From the sequence record MZ189261.1: a stretch of DNA of 64,000 nt. One strand, written 5' to 3'. The first letter of the stretch is position 1; every line of letters begins with the position of its first letter. Below, piece by piece: positions 37,551 through 47,285 of this stretch. The DNA is from Escherichia phage S143_2. The position numbers were made by a program, and so were the translations under genes. The notes under the pieces were generated by a model. It was not told where the DNA came from. It saw nothing but the letters and a program-made list of their open reading frames with translations, and searched no databases.

Positions 37551-37779
37551 TACATGCTTCAGCCATTTTAAGAATAGAGCCAGGAGTATCGTTGTCCATT
37601 ATATTAAAGCTAAATTCGATAGCCCAGTCGGTGCAGACATGAACTGCTTTAACTTCATTGCCTTCAATGCGTAATGGCTCAATCCAATACTTGATAGTGT
37701 TCTCGAATCCATCATCATCTTTAATGTCCATTTCAACTTCAAGCCTGAGTCCAGCATTGTTAAATTCATCTAAAGTCAT
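37522..37779 (-). CDS. hypothetical protein (85 aa)
   Basis: ORF track. Confidence 0.5.
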   Translation of the reverse strand: MTLDEFNNAGLRLEVEMDIKDDDGFENTIKYWIEPLRIEGNEVKAVHVCTDWAIEFSFNIMDNDTPGSILKMAEACIEDAYNDED

Positions 37780-38795
37780 TGTGTTGCCTCAATATAAAGT
37801 TCGTTGGAATATTTGACCAGCGCTTCTCTGTCTTCGTCTGAGATATCTGGAATCGCGTCAATATATTCTTTAATGATATCTTGAAGTGATTTAATCTCGA
37901 TTTCCTGGTCGTCATCAGATTCAACACTGTTATCAACTTTAGAAACCATACGAAGAGAGTGAACTACTTTTTCAAGTTCAGATTCAAACTTAGTCAACTC
38001 TGAATCAATTTCTGATACTATAACACGTAAGGCTAGATTAGTATAATCAGAATAATTGATTTTGCCTTTAAACGGATAAGTGATTCGTCGATGCCATGTT
38101 GTTTCATTAGGAATAAATTCCATACGTTCAACATCAGTGTCAAATACCCAGAATCCGCGCGGGTCGTTCTCATCGCCTGCAGTAAGGGTCCATGGTGTCC
38201 CAATATATTTGACGTTAGCAGCTTCAGAGATTGTGTGGAAGTGGCCGGACCAGACTTGTTTATAGGTCTTTAAGAAATCAGGTTCAAGCCCATGAGACTT
38301 CATTCCTTTATAGAAATAAAAGCCATTCAGTTCCCAGTGCCCAACACAATAAGCGGCAGAAGAAGTCTTGATGTGCTCTAAGATTTCACCTGTATTTTCT
38401 TCACACATCCATGGAACGATATCAATCAGACATCCGTCAAAATCTACAGTAGTTGGATGCTCGTAAATAGTAAAGTTTTCAAATTGAGTTAACAATTCAG
38501 AAACAGTGTTAGGTGTTATTGTATTCTTAAACGCCATGTCATGATTTCCTATCGTGACATGAACGTGAATGCCTGCTTTAGAAATCATATCAACGATTTC
38601 ACGATTGAATTCCATTGTACGATGTGTTATTGCTTTACGGACGTCAAACCAATCACCGTACTGAATCCAAGTTTTAATCCCGTGTTTCTTAGAGTATTCA
38701 ATTGCTTGACGAATACCATCACGTTGAATATCTTGAACCCATGGGTCATCTTGTTTGACTCCGATATGGAAGTCGCCTAAGTGCAAAATTTTCAT
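37776..38795 (-). CDS. 47: recombination endonuclease subunit gp47 (SbcD/Mre11-like)
   Basis: MKILHLGDFHIG phosphoesterase motif I, GNHD, 339 aa. Confidence 0.9.
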   Translation of the reverse strand: MKILHLGDFHIGVKQDDPWVQDIQRDGIRQAIEYSKKHGIKTWIQYGDWFDVRKAITHRTMEFNREIVDMISKAGIHVHVTIGNHDMAFKNTITPNTVSELLTQFENFTIYEHPTTVDFDGCLIDIVPWMCEENTGEILEHIKTSSAAYCVGHWELNGFYFYKGMKSHGLEPDFLKTYKQVWSGHFHTISEAANVKYIGTPWTLTAGDENDPRGFWVFDTDVERMEFIPNETTWHRRITYPFKGKINYSDYTNLALRVIVSEIDSELTKFESELEKVVHSLRMVSKVDNSVESDDDQEIEIKSLQDIIKEYIDAIPDISDEDREALVKYSNELYIEATQ

Positions 38796-38841
38796 ATTAT
38801 TTCCTCATTAGTTAATTCATTCTATCATCCGTTTATAAAGC

Positions 38842-38872
38842 AAAAAAAAAAAAAGGAACTCCGAAGAGTTCC
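38842..38872 (-). terminator. strong intrinsic terminator (UUCG hairpin plus U13)
   Basis: minus-sense ggaactc-ttcg-gagttcc followed by 13 T. Confidence 0.7.
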
Positions 38873-39045
38873 TATCCACATAGTACACCGTACAGAGGCT
38901 CATTTGAACTTTTAAATCGAATGGGCTTGTATGTAATAGTTCCTTCGGCTTTAGCTTTATCATAAGACTCTTTAAAACGTCTCATTCTTTCTGCTTTGCC
39001 TTTACGGATTTTATCGAAATTTTCAGAGGTCAGGTCGTTCGTCAT
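38872..39045 (-). CDS. small ORF (57 aa, below cutoff)
   Basis: GAGAGGTGA SD before ATG; ends at the terminator hairpin. Confidence 0.35.
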   Translation of the reverse strand: MTNDLTSENFDKIRKGKAERMRRFKESYDKAKAEGTITYKPIRFKSSNEPLYGVLCG

Positions 39046-39087
39046 GCATAATCACCTCTCAGAAAATACCTAAATCGATTTCTCTCA

Positions 39088-39306
39088 TCATTTCCACCAT
39101 TTCTTAACTTGAAATGAATCAACCCATACGAGTTGTTTTGGGTCTGCCTTTACAATAGGTGGACAAATTTCTGTAATAGAACCGTCGTGATATTCCTTTT
39201 CAGAGATTTTAACACAAAGAGGACCTCCCAATTTAAGGGTGAACCCTGCGTTCAGCTTCAGACGTTTAAACTTTGTTTGAACTAGCGCCATTAATGATGT
39301 CCTCAA
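39088..39306 (-). CDS. hypothetical protein
   Basis: ORF track. Confidence 0.4.
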   Translation of the reverse strand: MRTSLMALVQTKFKRLKLNAGFTLKLGGPLCVKISEKEYHDGSITEICPPIVKADPKQLVWVDSFQVKKWWK

Positions 39307-39589
39307 TAGCCTGACGAGTAGTAACCCACTGGATTTTAATTAACTTGTCATTATATGGTTGTCGTAGAATATCCCGAGATTTCTTAATAGCATATTCGTA
39401 AGCTTCGAAGTTGTTTTGAATTGCTGCTTCTTGAGCATGAGCATAAAGACGGTTTAGTTCAAAACGATTCTTTTTAAGAATCTTTTCGGATTTTTTACGT
39501 GCTTCAGCTTCATTTTTCTTTTGGATTTCTTGTAGCATTTTAGCTACTGCATCTTCTGCTTCTTTATTTTCAATAATCTCGGTAGTCAT
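39266..39589 (-). CDS. hypothetical protein (107 aa)
   Basis: ORF track. Confidence 0.45.
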   Translation of the reverse strand: MTTEIIENKEAEDAVAKMLQEIQKKNEAEARKKSEKILKKNRFELNRLYAHAQEAAIQNNFEAYEYAIKKSRDILRQPYNDKLIKIQWVTTRQAIEDIINGASSNKV

Positions 39590-39590
39590 A

Positions 39591-39806
39591 TTATCTCATT
39601 AAATTAAAATAAAAACGTCCATCCTCTTCAATACAGAACTCATACTCAACCGGAGTCCCATTTATTGAAAATGACACGTCATGTGGGTTCAAAGGGTCGA
39701 TGTCAAAATTAATTTTAAATTCACGACCCAACAGTTTTACCAAATAAGGGATTGCTTCGTCAAAAGGTTCTTCTAAGTAGTTAGAGATGTCAATTGTCAT
39801 CCTCAT
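39591..39806 (-). CDS. hypothetical protein (start uncertain)
   Basis: ORF track 39591..39884 trimmed because it overlaps the gp55 end. Confidence 0.35.
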   Translation of the reverse strand: MRMTIDISNYLEEPFDEAIPYLVKLLGREFKINFDIDPLNPHDVSFSINGTPVEYEFCIEEDGRFYFNLMR

Positions 39807-40347
39807 ATAAAAAATCCAAACTAGGCGAATCGCTAACAACTTCCTTCTTTTCAGCCCCAGGAGCTTTATAAGCGGATTCTTCATAATGCGTCATTTTATC
39901 GTAGATGTCTTGAATAAACGTTTCATCTACCAACGCTACCATATCATCGTCATGACTGTCGTAGACATTATGAACGAAGTAACTATATTTCTTTGCAACT
40001 TCCTTACGTTCTTTTTTGATACGTTGGACAAAAGCATTAAAACAAGCTCGAGTTATGTATGCATGTGGGTTATTGTACTTAGTTTCGTCGAAATTATGAA
40101 GTCCCTTAATAGAGGCTTCAATCCCATCTGCAATCATCTCCTGCTTCCAAGACTGGGTATATCCTGAAAAGTTGAAACGTTTGGACAGGCCTTCGGCGAT
40201 AAGCATAATTGCTAAACCGATGGTATCATTCTGACGAATAATTTTGTTTGGGTCTTTATTATTTAAGAGCTCCTTTTTCCACTCGATTATAGCGGCGAGA
40301 AGCTCTTTATTATTCACATAGTTATTTTTAGGTTTTTGTTCAGTCAT
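39790..40347 (-). CDS. 55: late-transcription sigma factor gp55
   Basis: 185 aa, sigma region-2-like block [24 protein letters not shown]. Confidence 0.9.
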   Translation of the reverse strand: MTEQKPKNNYVNNKELLAAIIEWKKELLNNKDPNKIIRQNDTIGLAIMLIAEGLSKRFNFSGYTQSWKQEMIADGIEASIKGLHNFDETKYNNPHAYITRACFNAFVQRIKKERKEVAKKYSYFVHNVYDSHDDDMVALVDETFIQDIYDKMTHYEESAYKAPGAEKKEVVSDSPSLDFLYEDDN

Positions 40348-40368
40348 AAGTACCTCTTAGCTCAATTC

Positions 40369-40412
40369 ATAGGTCTATTATATCATAATATTTAGAGACC
40401 TATCTTAAAGCA
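40369..40412 (-). promoter_or_regulatory. promoter region upstream of gene 55 with MotA-like box and palindrome
   Basis: minus-sense TGCTTTA then aggtct...agacct inverted repeat enclosing TATTAT/TATAAT. Confidence 0.35.
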
Positions 40413-40419
40413 CGAGATA

Positions 40420-40689
40420 CTATCGGAGCAAACAATAAGCCTGAAACACTTTTTCCATTAAACGTTTGAACTCATGGATATCGATATAAAGCTCAGTAAG
40501 ACCGGCATTATAAAGAAAATCTAAAAAGTTCTCATGTGTTTCGTTATAGTCGCCTTCGTTTAATTGAGATACATGAGTTTCCCAAAAACCAACACCTTTA
40601 ACGAATGGAAAATACGTGACTTTCATGTATTCGTCAACATAAAATTCGCCCAGCTTTTCTTCAGTTATACTGATTCGAGTTAATTTCAT
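40420..40689 (-). CDS. hypothetical protein (89 aa)
   Basis: ORF track. Confidence 0.45.
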   Translation of the reverse strand: MKLTRISITEEKLGEFYVDEYMKVTYFPFVKGVGFWETHVSQLNEGDYNETHENFLDFLYNAGLTELYIDIHEFKRLMEKVFQAYCLLR

Positions 40690-40913
40690 TCTAGTTCCTT
40701 TGCTGCTTCAAGAGCAGCATCCAGCGAATCAAATTGGTCAACGAAATCAATATTCAACGCATCGTCAACCGTAGCATATAACCACCATTGTTTGAATTCG
40801 TATTCTAGAATAAATCCAGGACCTTCAATCTGAGGAAGACCTAGACTATTTGTACCAACTTCGTAACCAGCTAGACGCAGGTCATTAATCAAAGTTTCTG
40901 TTAATACGCTCAT
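40686..40913 (-). CDS. hypothetical acidic protein (75 aa)
   Basis: ORF track. Confidence 0.45.
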   Translation of the reverse strand: MSVLTETLINDLRLAGYEVGTNSLGLPQIEGPGFILEYEFKQWWLYATVDDALNIDFVDQFDSLDAALEAAKELE

Positions 40914-40937
40914 TTTACCGCCTTAACAATTTTAAGG

Positions 40938-41243
40938 TCAACGAATTTTTTTCTTACGTTGATTTTTCATACGACGGATAGTCTTTTCAGAGATTTCATG
41001 TTTCTGATAAGCTTTAGATTCAACACCAAATGCAGCAACGTCAAATTCAGAAAGAATATATTGTACTAGAATTTCACGAATAGAATTACGTCCAATTTTC
41101 TGGTCGTGTTTTTGCATGATTTCATAAAGACGGAATTCCCACGCGTCAAGAACTTGAGGAGTAACAATATTGCCGGATTCCAGAAGAGCAACAACTTTAT
41201 CGAAAGCGAAAGAATTAACTACGTTTTTGATTTTAGTAGACAT
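40938..41243 (-). CDS. hypothetical protein
   Basis: ORF track trimmed to ATG behind GAGGAAA SD. Confidence 0.45.
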   Translation of the reverse strand: MSTKIKNVVNSFAFDKVVALLESGNIVTPQVLDAWEFRLYEIMQKHDQKIGRNSIREILVQYILSEFDVAAFGVESKAYQKHEISEKTIRRMKNQRKKKIR

Positions 41244-41274
41244 ATTATTTTCCTCGGTTATTTTATTATCCAAC

Positions 41275-41296
41275 GAGAGAATTATACTCATCTCTC
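41275..41296 (-). promoter_or_regulatory. stem-loop enclosing a TATAAT
   Basis: gagaga-attatactca-tctctc hairpin; minus-sense loop reads TGAGTATAAT. Confidence 0.35.
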
Positions 41297-41309
41297 AAGA
41301 GTTTGTATA

Positions 41310-41549
41310 TTATTTTTTAAGCATGAAAAGTAAGTAATTTGTATCACGTGGAGTAATATCAACACCCATATCAAAGATGCCTTTATAGATTGGGTATTTG
41401 TTTTCGGTTGTATCGAAGCTGAAACTATTTCCATCACAACTAACAGTAATAGCATCTGTTAAAATGTCATACTCAATCCTAACAATTGAATCCCCAATTT
41501 TAACGTCGAGGTGTTTTTTGAATTTGATAAAATCTAATTCTTGGGCCAT
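41310..41549 (-). CDS. hypothetical protein (79 aa)
   Basis: ORF track. Confidence 0.45.
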   Translation of the reverse strand: MAQELDFIKFKKHLDVKIGDSIVRIEYDILTDAITVSCDGNSFSFDTTENKYPIYKGIFDMGVDITPRDTNYLLFMLKK

Positions 41550-41612
41550 GATATTTTACTCATTTTAAGACGATAGGAAGATAATAACATGTCTTCCTAT
41601 CGTTGTACATTA

Positions 41613-41825
41613 TTAACCGAACTTTTTAGCGCCTTTCCAGCCTTCGTACATAACTGCACAAGTCAATAGTACAGCGTGCTGGCATTCTTTGTATTTGTAA
41701 ACCCAGAACCAGCGTAAGAAGTCTTCATCCTCAACGCCGTTGAGTTTCATATTGGCAAAGAATTCTGCACGTTCTTCACGAAGCTTTTGCGATAACATAG
41801 ATTCAGGATTCATTTTGTGTTCCAC
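41613..41825 (-). CDS. hypothetical protein (70 aa)
   Basis: ORF track. Confidence 0.45.
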   Translation of the reverse strand: MEHKMNPESMLSQKLREERAEFFANMKLNGVEDEDFLRWFWVYKYKECQHAVLLTCAVMYEGWKGAKKFG

Positions 41826-41951
41826 GCCCCATTTTCATCGATGAACTTAATCCAGTCATTTACAGACCATTTAGTTGTATCACCCTTTGGATTAACATTT
41901 AAAGTGTATAATCCCTGCTTAAAAAGCATTCGTTTGATATTCATAATTTCC

Positions 41952-42245
41952 TCAACTGTAACGATAACATTCGTTAGCTTTACGTTTGGCTTCAGTATGA
42001 GAAGTATTATAATCATACTCTTCTTTACTGTAAACATCTTTTTTCAACTTACGAACTTCTTTGCGGAGTTGTCGATTCATTTCGTTCTTGACTTCAGAAT
42101 CAACGCCTTTCATACGTTTCCATTTATCTGAGCGGAAGATGTTTTCAACCATGTCTTTGTGGCTAACACCGTCAGGAGCTTTACGCTTACCAAAATAGTC
42201 ATAATCACGAACTTTCAAATCTTTACGACGATATGTTTTACCCAT
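41952..42245 (-). CDS. hypothetical basic protein
   Basis: ORF track trimmed to ATG behind GAGGT SD. Confidence 0.45.
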   Translation of the reverse strand: MGKTYRRKDLKVRDYDYFGKRKAPDGVSHKDMVENIFRSDKWKRMKGVDSEVKNEMNRQLRKEVRKLKKDVYSKEEYDYNTSHTEAKRKANECYRYS

Positions 42246-42252
42246 AAGTACC

Positions 42253-42501
42253 TCAGAGGTTGATCGATACAACGCGTTTGATAAAATTCACTTCACTTAC
42301 TGAAAGGTCTTTAAGACCGATTGATTCTAAACGCTGAGTAAGCGTCAACATCGGGATATAATCCCAATGAGTTTTATTTGCTTGATAAGTACGAACGCCA
42401 TTAGCAATTTCAACATGCAAATCGGAAATGGTAATGAATACCGGATGCTCGTCATTAACTTTAAGGGTTAGAACAACCTTCTTTGAATCTAAACTAATCA
42501 T
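42253..42501 (-). CDS. hypothetical protein (82 aa)
   Basis: ORF track. Confidence 0.45.
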   Translation of the reverse strand: MISLDSKKVVLTLKVNDEHPVFITISDLHVEIANGVRTYQANKTHWDYIPMLTLTQRLESIGLKDLSVSEVNFIKRVVSINL

Positions 42502-42680
42502 GGCTTAATTTCCTTCGCAATTGAACAGAAGATACTACGGTCACAAAGCATTTCACCAATTTCTGGATATTTGATTGAACGGTACCAAACATCCAGGCTT
42601 GAAATTCTGGTTATCCGTACTGCATTACCATTGACAGAATAATACCGGTCAACCTTAATTTCTTTATCTTCAATTGTCAT
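42498..42680 (-). CDS. hypothetical protein (about 60 aa)
   Basis: ORF track 42498..42842 trimmed to ATG (MTIEDKEIKV); upstream part holds a promoter. Confidence 0.4.
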   Translation of the reverse strand: MTIEDKEIKVDRYYSVNGNAVRITRISSLDVWYRSIKYPEIGEMLCDRSIFCSIAKEIKP

Positions 42681-42694
42681 TTTGTTTTCCTCTA

Positions 42695-42737
42695 TAGCAG
42701 ATGGTTTAATCTTAACATATCTATCGAGGATGTAAAC
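42695..42737 (-). promoter_or_regulatory. early promoter
   Basis: minus-sense GTTTAC, 17 nt, TAAGAT, then GGAAA SD. Confidence 0.45.
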
Positions 42738-42811
42738 TGTTTTATGAAAAATATTTTTGATTTGAGAGGGGCACAAGGAGATAGTGAAGTGAAGATTCCA
42801 ATGGTTTATAT

Positions 42812-42848
42812 TAGAAATGAGATAAAGAAGACCAGGCGGCACCTGGTC
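42812..42848 (-). terminator. hairpin after the nrdH-like gene
   Basis: gaccagg-cggca-cctggtc, then U-rich on minus strand. Confidence 0.4.
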
Positions 42849-43170
42849 AATCTTCTATGATATCAGAGTCGTATCCTAATGAAATCAAGGACTTTTTAAA
42901 CTCTGCAATATTCTTTTGTTTCTTATCATTTAAAAATATGACAGGATAACGAATATTAAGTGAAGTGAATCCTGCACGTTTAGCAAGAGATACGATTAAA
43001 GGACGGTCGTATTCAATCTTACCATTATTAGTGAGGACTTTATAAAATGTATAAGGAGCATTGAGCTCCTTTAAAAGTTTTGTAACAGCATAACATCCTG
43101 GACAACGTCCTACTTCTTCAGGGATGCCATAGATTTCAATCTTGTTCTTTAAGTTCGAGTTTTGTTCCAC
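42847..43170 (-). CDS. glutaredoxin-like (NrdH-type) redoxin
   Basis: CPGC active-site motif; probable GTG start, overlaps upstream ORF. Confidence 0.5.
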   Translation of the reverse strand: MEQNSNLKNKIEIYGIPEEVGRCPGCYAVTKLLKELNAPYTFYKVLTNNGKIEYDRPLIVSLAKRAGFTSLNIRYPVIFLNDKKQKNIAEFKKSLISLGYDSDIIED

Positions 43171-43453
43171 GAGAAATAATTCCTTGGTAAGCCCAATAAG
43201 GAGGATTAACAGAATCCTCACCAGAGTTTTCTTCAGGAAAATAAACCTGGATAACGAAGCCGGATTCATCAAATGTAAAATAAACTGTAGGCAGTTCACC
43301 TAACAATTCGACACGAGCATTAATTTCTTCGAGATCTCGTTCACGTCCAGCCCAAAAACTAGGATTTAGATTACATTCGTAAAAATAATAGTCATTACCG
43401 AACATATCAAACCCCTTCCAACTCTCTACCACGTACCGCTCAAAACTAATCAT
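43136..43453 (-). CDS. hypothetical protein (105 aa)
   Basis: ORF track. Confidence 0.45.
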   Translation of the reverse strand: MISFERYVVESWKGFDMFGNDYYFYECNLNPSFWAGRERDLEEINARVELLGELPTVYFTFDESGFVIQVYFPEENSGEDSVNPPYWAYQGIISRGTKLELKEQD

Positions 43454-43455
43454 AA

Positions 43456-43671
43456 TTAAGCCTTTTTATCAAGAACAGAATTCAGTTTGTTAGTAATTTT
43501 GTCCAGACGCTCATTGAACTCACTAGAAGATAAACCCTTTTCTGGAGAAATTAAACTAATCACGAAAAATACACCAGTAAAAGGAATAAGAAAAATAGCT
43601 CCAACTGCCATAAACAAAAAGAACGTTACAGTTGTAAGAAAATCAGCTAAACCTTTACGAAATTTGTACAT
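43456..43671 (-). CDS. small membrane protein (71 aa)
   Basis: ORF track; hydrophobic core. Confidence 0.45.
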   Translation of the reverse strand: MYKFRKGLADFLTTVTFFLFMAVGAIFLIPFTGVFFVISLISPEKGLSSSEFNERLDKITNKLNSVLDKKA

Positions 43672-43781
43672 ATTTACCCTTAATTAACTAAGCATTGATA
43701 ATCATTAAACTATATTGCGAATAAAATTCTGGACCAAAACGAAAAATCATATCATTTATAGTATCCATAATGTAATTCAAT

Positions 43782-44252
43782 TTAATCATGTTTCCACACC
43801 CCATCGGTATTTGACCAAAGTCGCTGATTATCTGATCCTCGCCACAGCTTTTTAGTCGGAAGATTTTTCTCATACTTCCCATCAATAATAACATCAACAT
43901 ATTTAAGCATTTCTAGTTGTTTAATATCTTCAAACTTATATCCTGTCCACAACCAAATGCTTTTATTGGGATAAAGATTTTTTACTGTTTGAGCAATGCG
44001 ATGAATAACATCTCGGTTATCAGGATAGAGAGGGTCTCCTCCGGTTATAGTTAATCCTTCTATATAATCATTATTCAAACATTCAATCAATTGTTCTAGT
44101 GTTTCACCAGTGAATGGAATACCATTTCTAGCATTCCATGTTGATTTATTATAACACCCTTCGCATTTATGCAAACAACCCGTAACGAAAAGAACGACCC
44201 TGCAACCAGGGCCATTCACAAAATCGCAAGGATAAAATCTATCATAATTCAT
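43782..44252 (-). CDS. nrdG: anaerobic ribonucleotide reductase activating protein NrdG (radical SAM)
   Basis: CLHKCEGC (CX3CX2C), 156 aa, adjacent to nrdD. Confidence 0.9.
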   Translation of the reverse strand: MNYDRFYPCDFVNGPGCRVVLFVTGCLHKCEGCYNKSTWNARNGIPFTGETLEQLIECLNNDYIEGLTITGGDPLYPDNRDVIHRIAQTVKNLYPNKSIWLWTGYKFEDIKQLEMLKYVDVIIDGKYEKNLPTKKLWRGSDNQRLWSNTDGVWKHD

Positions 44253-46066
44253 TGGTGTTTAACCCTATGCATGATTTCTTTATTTTTGCCGAGATTAAAT
44301 CCGCGTTCGTTCGGATTTCCCAAATAACCACAAGTTCTTCTTATTGTGTTCATCTTTTTAGGGTCAGTTTCTCCGCAAACTGAACAAACAAATCCGTTTT
44401 CAGTAGGAGTCATTTCATGGGTACTTCCACATGTAAAACATTTATCTACTGGCATATTAACACCAAAATAATCTAAATGTTGTGCGGCATAATCCCATAC
44501 AGCCTCAAGACCTTTTAAGTTATTTTTCATATCAGGAAGTTCAACATAAGAAATGTGTCCGCCAGTCGCAATGAAATGATATGGGGCTTCGCGAGAAATC
44601 TTTTCAAACGGAGTGATATTTTCTTCTACTGAAACATGGAAACTATTAGTGTACCAGCCTTTATCAGTAACATCCTTTACACTTCCATATTTTTCAGTAT
44701 CAAGTTTACAGAAGCGATAACAAAGGTTTTCAGCAGGTGTAGAATACAAACTAAAAGCAAAACCGGTTCTTTCAGTCCACTGTTTAAGATGAGCATTCAT
44801 TTTAGTTAAAATTTCTTGTCCAATATCACGACCGACAAGAATATTCAATTCGTGAATACCAATGTATCCTAGGGACACTGAACTTCTACCGTTTTTAAAT
44901 AACTCAATTATATCGTCATCAGGTTTAAGACGAACCCCGAATGCACCTTCTTGGTAAAGAATAGGAGCAACAGTCGCTTTAACTCCTTTTAAGGAACTAA
45001 TTCTACACATCAAAGCTTCAAAACACAAATCCATTCGTTCATTGAACAATTCGGCAAATTTCTGTTCATTGAATTGTGTTCCAATATAAGAATCTAACGC
45101 AATGCGAGGAAGATTCAGTGTTACAACACCAAGATTATTGCGTCCATCAAGAATTTCATTACCAGTCGAATCTTTCCATACACTCAAGAAACTACGGCAA
45201 CCCATTGGAGAAACTGGAACTGAAGAACCAGTAATAGCTTTATTATTCTTAACCGAAATAATGTCAGGATACATTCTTTTGCTTGCACATTCTAACGCAA
45301 GTTGTTTAATATCATAGTTCGGATCATCTTTATAAAGATTAACACCTTCTTCAACGAACATAACAAGCTTAGGGAAAATAGGAGTTATTCCATCACGACC
45401 AAGGCCTTTAATGCGGTTTTTAAGAATTGCTTTCTGAATCATTCGTTCAGTCCAGTCGGTTCCTGTACCAAATGTAATTGTTACAAAAGGAGTCTGTCCG
45501 TTTGAACTAAAGAGAGTATTTACTTCATATTCATAAGCTTGGAATGCATCGTATACGTCTTTTTCTGTTTTAGATTGAGCATAATTCAACGCATCAGCGA
45601 TTTGCCATTTTTCTGCATCTTCAACATGTTTAGCGTATGTGCGTTTAACATAAGGAGAAAGAACTTTATCGACATTCGCAAATGTAGTTCCGCCATATTG
45701 GTGTGAAGCAACTTGTGCGGTAATTTGTGCCATAATTGCAGTAGCAACGCCAATAGATTTAGGCGTTTCAATTTGAGCATTGCCTAATTTAAATCCATTC
45801 TCAAGCATCCCCTTTAAATCGACTAAACAGCAATTAGTAAATGGAAGAGCAGGAGAATAATCAATATCATGCATGTGAATGATTCCGCTTTCATGCGCAT
45901 TCATAATAAAAGACGGGACCATATTTTTGGCAATGTGCTTAGACACAATACCAGCCATAAGGTCCCGTTGAGTTGGAAAAACACGAGAATCTTTATTAGC
46001 ATTCTCGTTTAAAAGGTCTTTATTAGTTTTATGAATTAATCCTTCAATTTCTTTTTCAATTTTCAT
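44249..46066 (-). CDS. nrdD: anaerobic ribonucleoside-triphosphate reductase NrdD (class III), uninterrupted
   Basis: 605 aa, C-terminal glycyl-radical motif RTCGYLG, Zn site CFTCGSTHE...CSVCG. Confidence 0.95.
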   Translation of the reverse strand: MKIEKEIEGLIHKTNKDLLNENANKDSRVFPTQRDLMAGIVSKHIAKNMVPSFIMNAHESGIIHMHDIDYSPALPFTNCCLVDLKGMLENGFKLGNAQIETPKSIGVATAIMAQITAQVASHQYGGTTFANVDKVLSPYVKRTYAKHVEDAEKWQIADALNYAQSKTEKDVYDAFQAYEYEVNTLFSSNGQTPFVTITFGTGTDWTERMIQKAILKNRIKGLGRDGITPIFPKLVMFVEEGVNLYKDDPNYDIKQLALECASKRMYPDIISVKNNKAITGSSVPVSPMGCRSFLSVWKDSTGNEILDGRNNLGVVTLNLPRIALDSYIGTQFNEQKFAELFNERMDLCFEALMCRISSLKGVKATVAPILYQEGAFGVRLKPDDDIIELFKNGRSSVSLGYIGIHELNILVGRDIGQEILTKMNAHLKQWTERTGFAFSLYSTPAENLCYRFCKLDTEKYGSVKDVTDKGWYTNSFHVSVEENITPFEKISREAPYHFIATGGHISYVELPDMKNNLKGLEAVWDYAAQHLDYFGVNMPVDKCFTCGSTHEMTPTENGFVCSVCGETDPKKMNTIRRTCGYLGNPNERGFNLGKNKEIMHRVKHQ

Positions 46067-46536
46067 TTTAAACTCTTTCTAAGCTGCTTTTTGAATGAAG
46101 CTATTAATTGTGTTTTAGTATCTGATTCATTATATTCAAATCCTCTTTGAAGCATCTCGGTCATCATTTCCTCTTTACCTAGTCTTGAGAACTCTTTAGT
46201 TTTGTCTGGAACAAAATTAGGATGGATATTATTATCAGAATAATCTTGTTTCAAATAAGCGAGAAGAGCTTCAAGCCATTCTAGGTAGTCGACATCACGG
46301 CCTTTAAGACCAGAACGGTTGAACTTATGCTTCATTTGACCTTCTGCTGCGTTGCACAGATTACAGAGTAATCCACGAACTCTACCGGCTTTTGGCCCGT
46401 TTAATTCATGGTCGTGGTCAAGATGGTTACCTTGAACATCAGGGTCTAATTCACGGTGGCAAATAGGACACTTACCGTTCTGTGCATCATAAAATTTTTG
46501 TTTTTCTTCTTTATATTTTGCGCCTGATAATAACAT
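46063..46536 (-). CDS. 49: endonuclease VII (Holliday junction resolvase) gp49
   Basis: 157 aa, CPICHREL...HLDHDHELNGPKAGRVRGLLCNLCN zinc/HNH-like core. Confidence 0.9.
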   Translation of the reverse strand: MLLSGAKYKEEKQKFYDAQNGKCPICHRELDPDVQGNHLDHDHELNGPKAGRVRGLLCNLCNAAEGQMKHKFNRSGLKGRDVDYLEWLEALLAYLKQDYSDNNIHPNFVPDKTKEFSRLGKEEMMTEMLQRGFEYNESDTKTQLIASFKKQLRKSLK

Positions 46537-46571
46537 GATAAACCCTTACCTTAAATAGATAAGGGTATTTA

Positions 46572-46985
46572 TTAACTTAAACGTCTTTCTAAATATTCAA
46601 TGTATTCTGCGGCTGCTTGCATCAGGTTACCTTCATAGCCGTCGTTATTTTCTTGTCCGGCTAATTTAGCTAAAGCATAAGAAATACGTTCACCTTCGAA
46701 TTCGCCAAGTCCACCATCACAAACTACTTGGTCAATTTCTTCGAGTTCATCTATTGAATGGGATTCCCAGAAGCACCAAAGAGAAGTATCACGGTCATAG
46801 ATGCAAAGTTTCTCACCTGTGTTCAACATCACTTCGATAATGCCATGGTCGCCATAACCATCTTCGGTAGTAGTACCAATTACCTTGATGATCGTATCTT
46901 TCTTTAATTCAGGAAACTTGACTTGTAGTTCTTCATCTTCTTTAACAATCTTGAACCATTTACCGCGAGTTTCAGAAATATTCAT
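46572..46985 (-). CDS. hypothetical protein (start uncertain)
   Basis: ORF track 46572..47123 trimmed to ATG (MNISETRG). Confidence 0.4.
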   Translation of the reverse strand: MNISETRGKWFKIVKEDEELQVKFPELKKDTIIKVIGTTTEDGYGDHGIIEVMLNTGEKLCIYDRDTSLWCFWESHSIDELEEIDQVVCDGGLGEFEGERISYALAKLAGQENNDGYEGNLMQAAAEYIEYLERRLS

Positions 46986-46986
46986 A

Positions 46987-47157
46987 TCAATATTCTCTAT
47001 AAAAGTTACGATGAGAACGTTTAGCTTTGCGAAGCTGACGTTTAGTAGGACGAACTGTAAATGGTTGTCCAGAGAAAAAATTCGGATCGGTTTTAATAAG
47101 CAAATACCAATCATGTTTGCCATTTTTTAATAAACGGTACAATAATTTAACTTGCAT
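46987..47157 (-). CDS. small protein with basic C-terminal RPTKRQLR tail
   Basis: trimmed to ATG behind GGGAAGAG SD; motif shared with 18557..18769. Confidence 0.4.
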   Translation of the reverse strand: MQVKLLYRLLKNGKHDWYLLIKTDPNFFSGQPFTVRPTKRQLRKAKRSHRNFYREY

Positions 47158-47285
47158 AATAATCTCTTCCCATTTCCATATCAATTAATTCATTTATTGA
47201 AGGTTCATCATAACACGTTTCTTCGTCGTTGTAAACTGTTTCAACGTCTGGCTCGACAGTCTCCCAACGAGCAGAATACCACGGT

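Noticed and set aside
38842-38854. Run of 13 A on the plus strand
   Set aside because: Considered as a slippery or phase-variable homopolymer, but it is intergenic and forms the U-tract of a terminator on the coding strand.
41810-42037. 75-aa ORF overlapping two neighbours
   Set aside because: Overlaps 41952..42245 by 86 nt; only a 44-aa internal-start version would fit. Left uncalled.
43688-43900. 70-aa ORF overlapping the 3' end of nrdG
   Set aside because: Most of it overlaps nrdG in another frame; only a 33-aa tail would be unique. Too uncertain to call.
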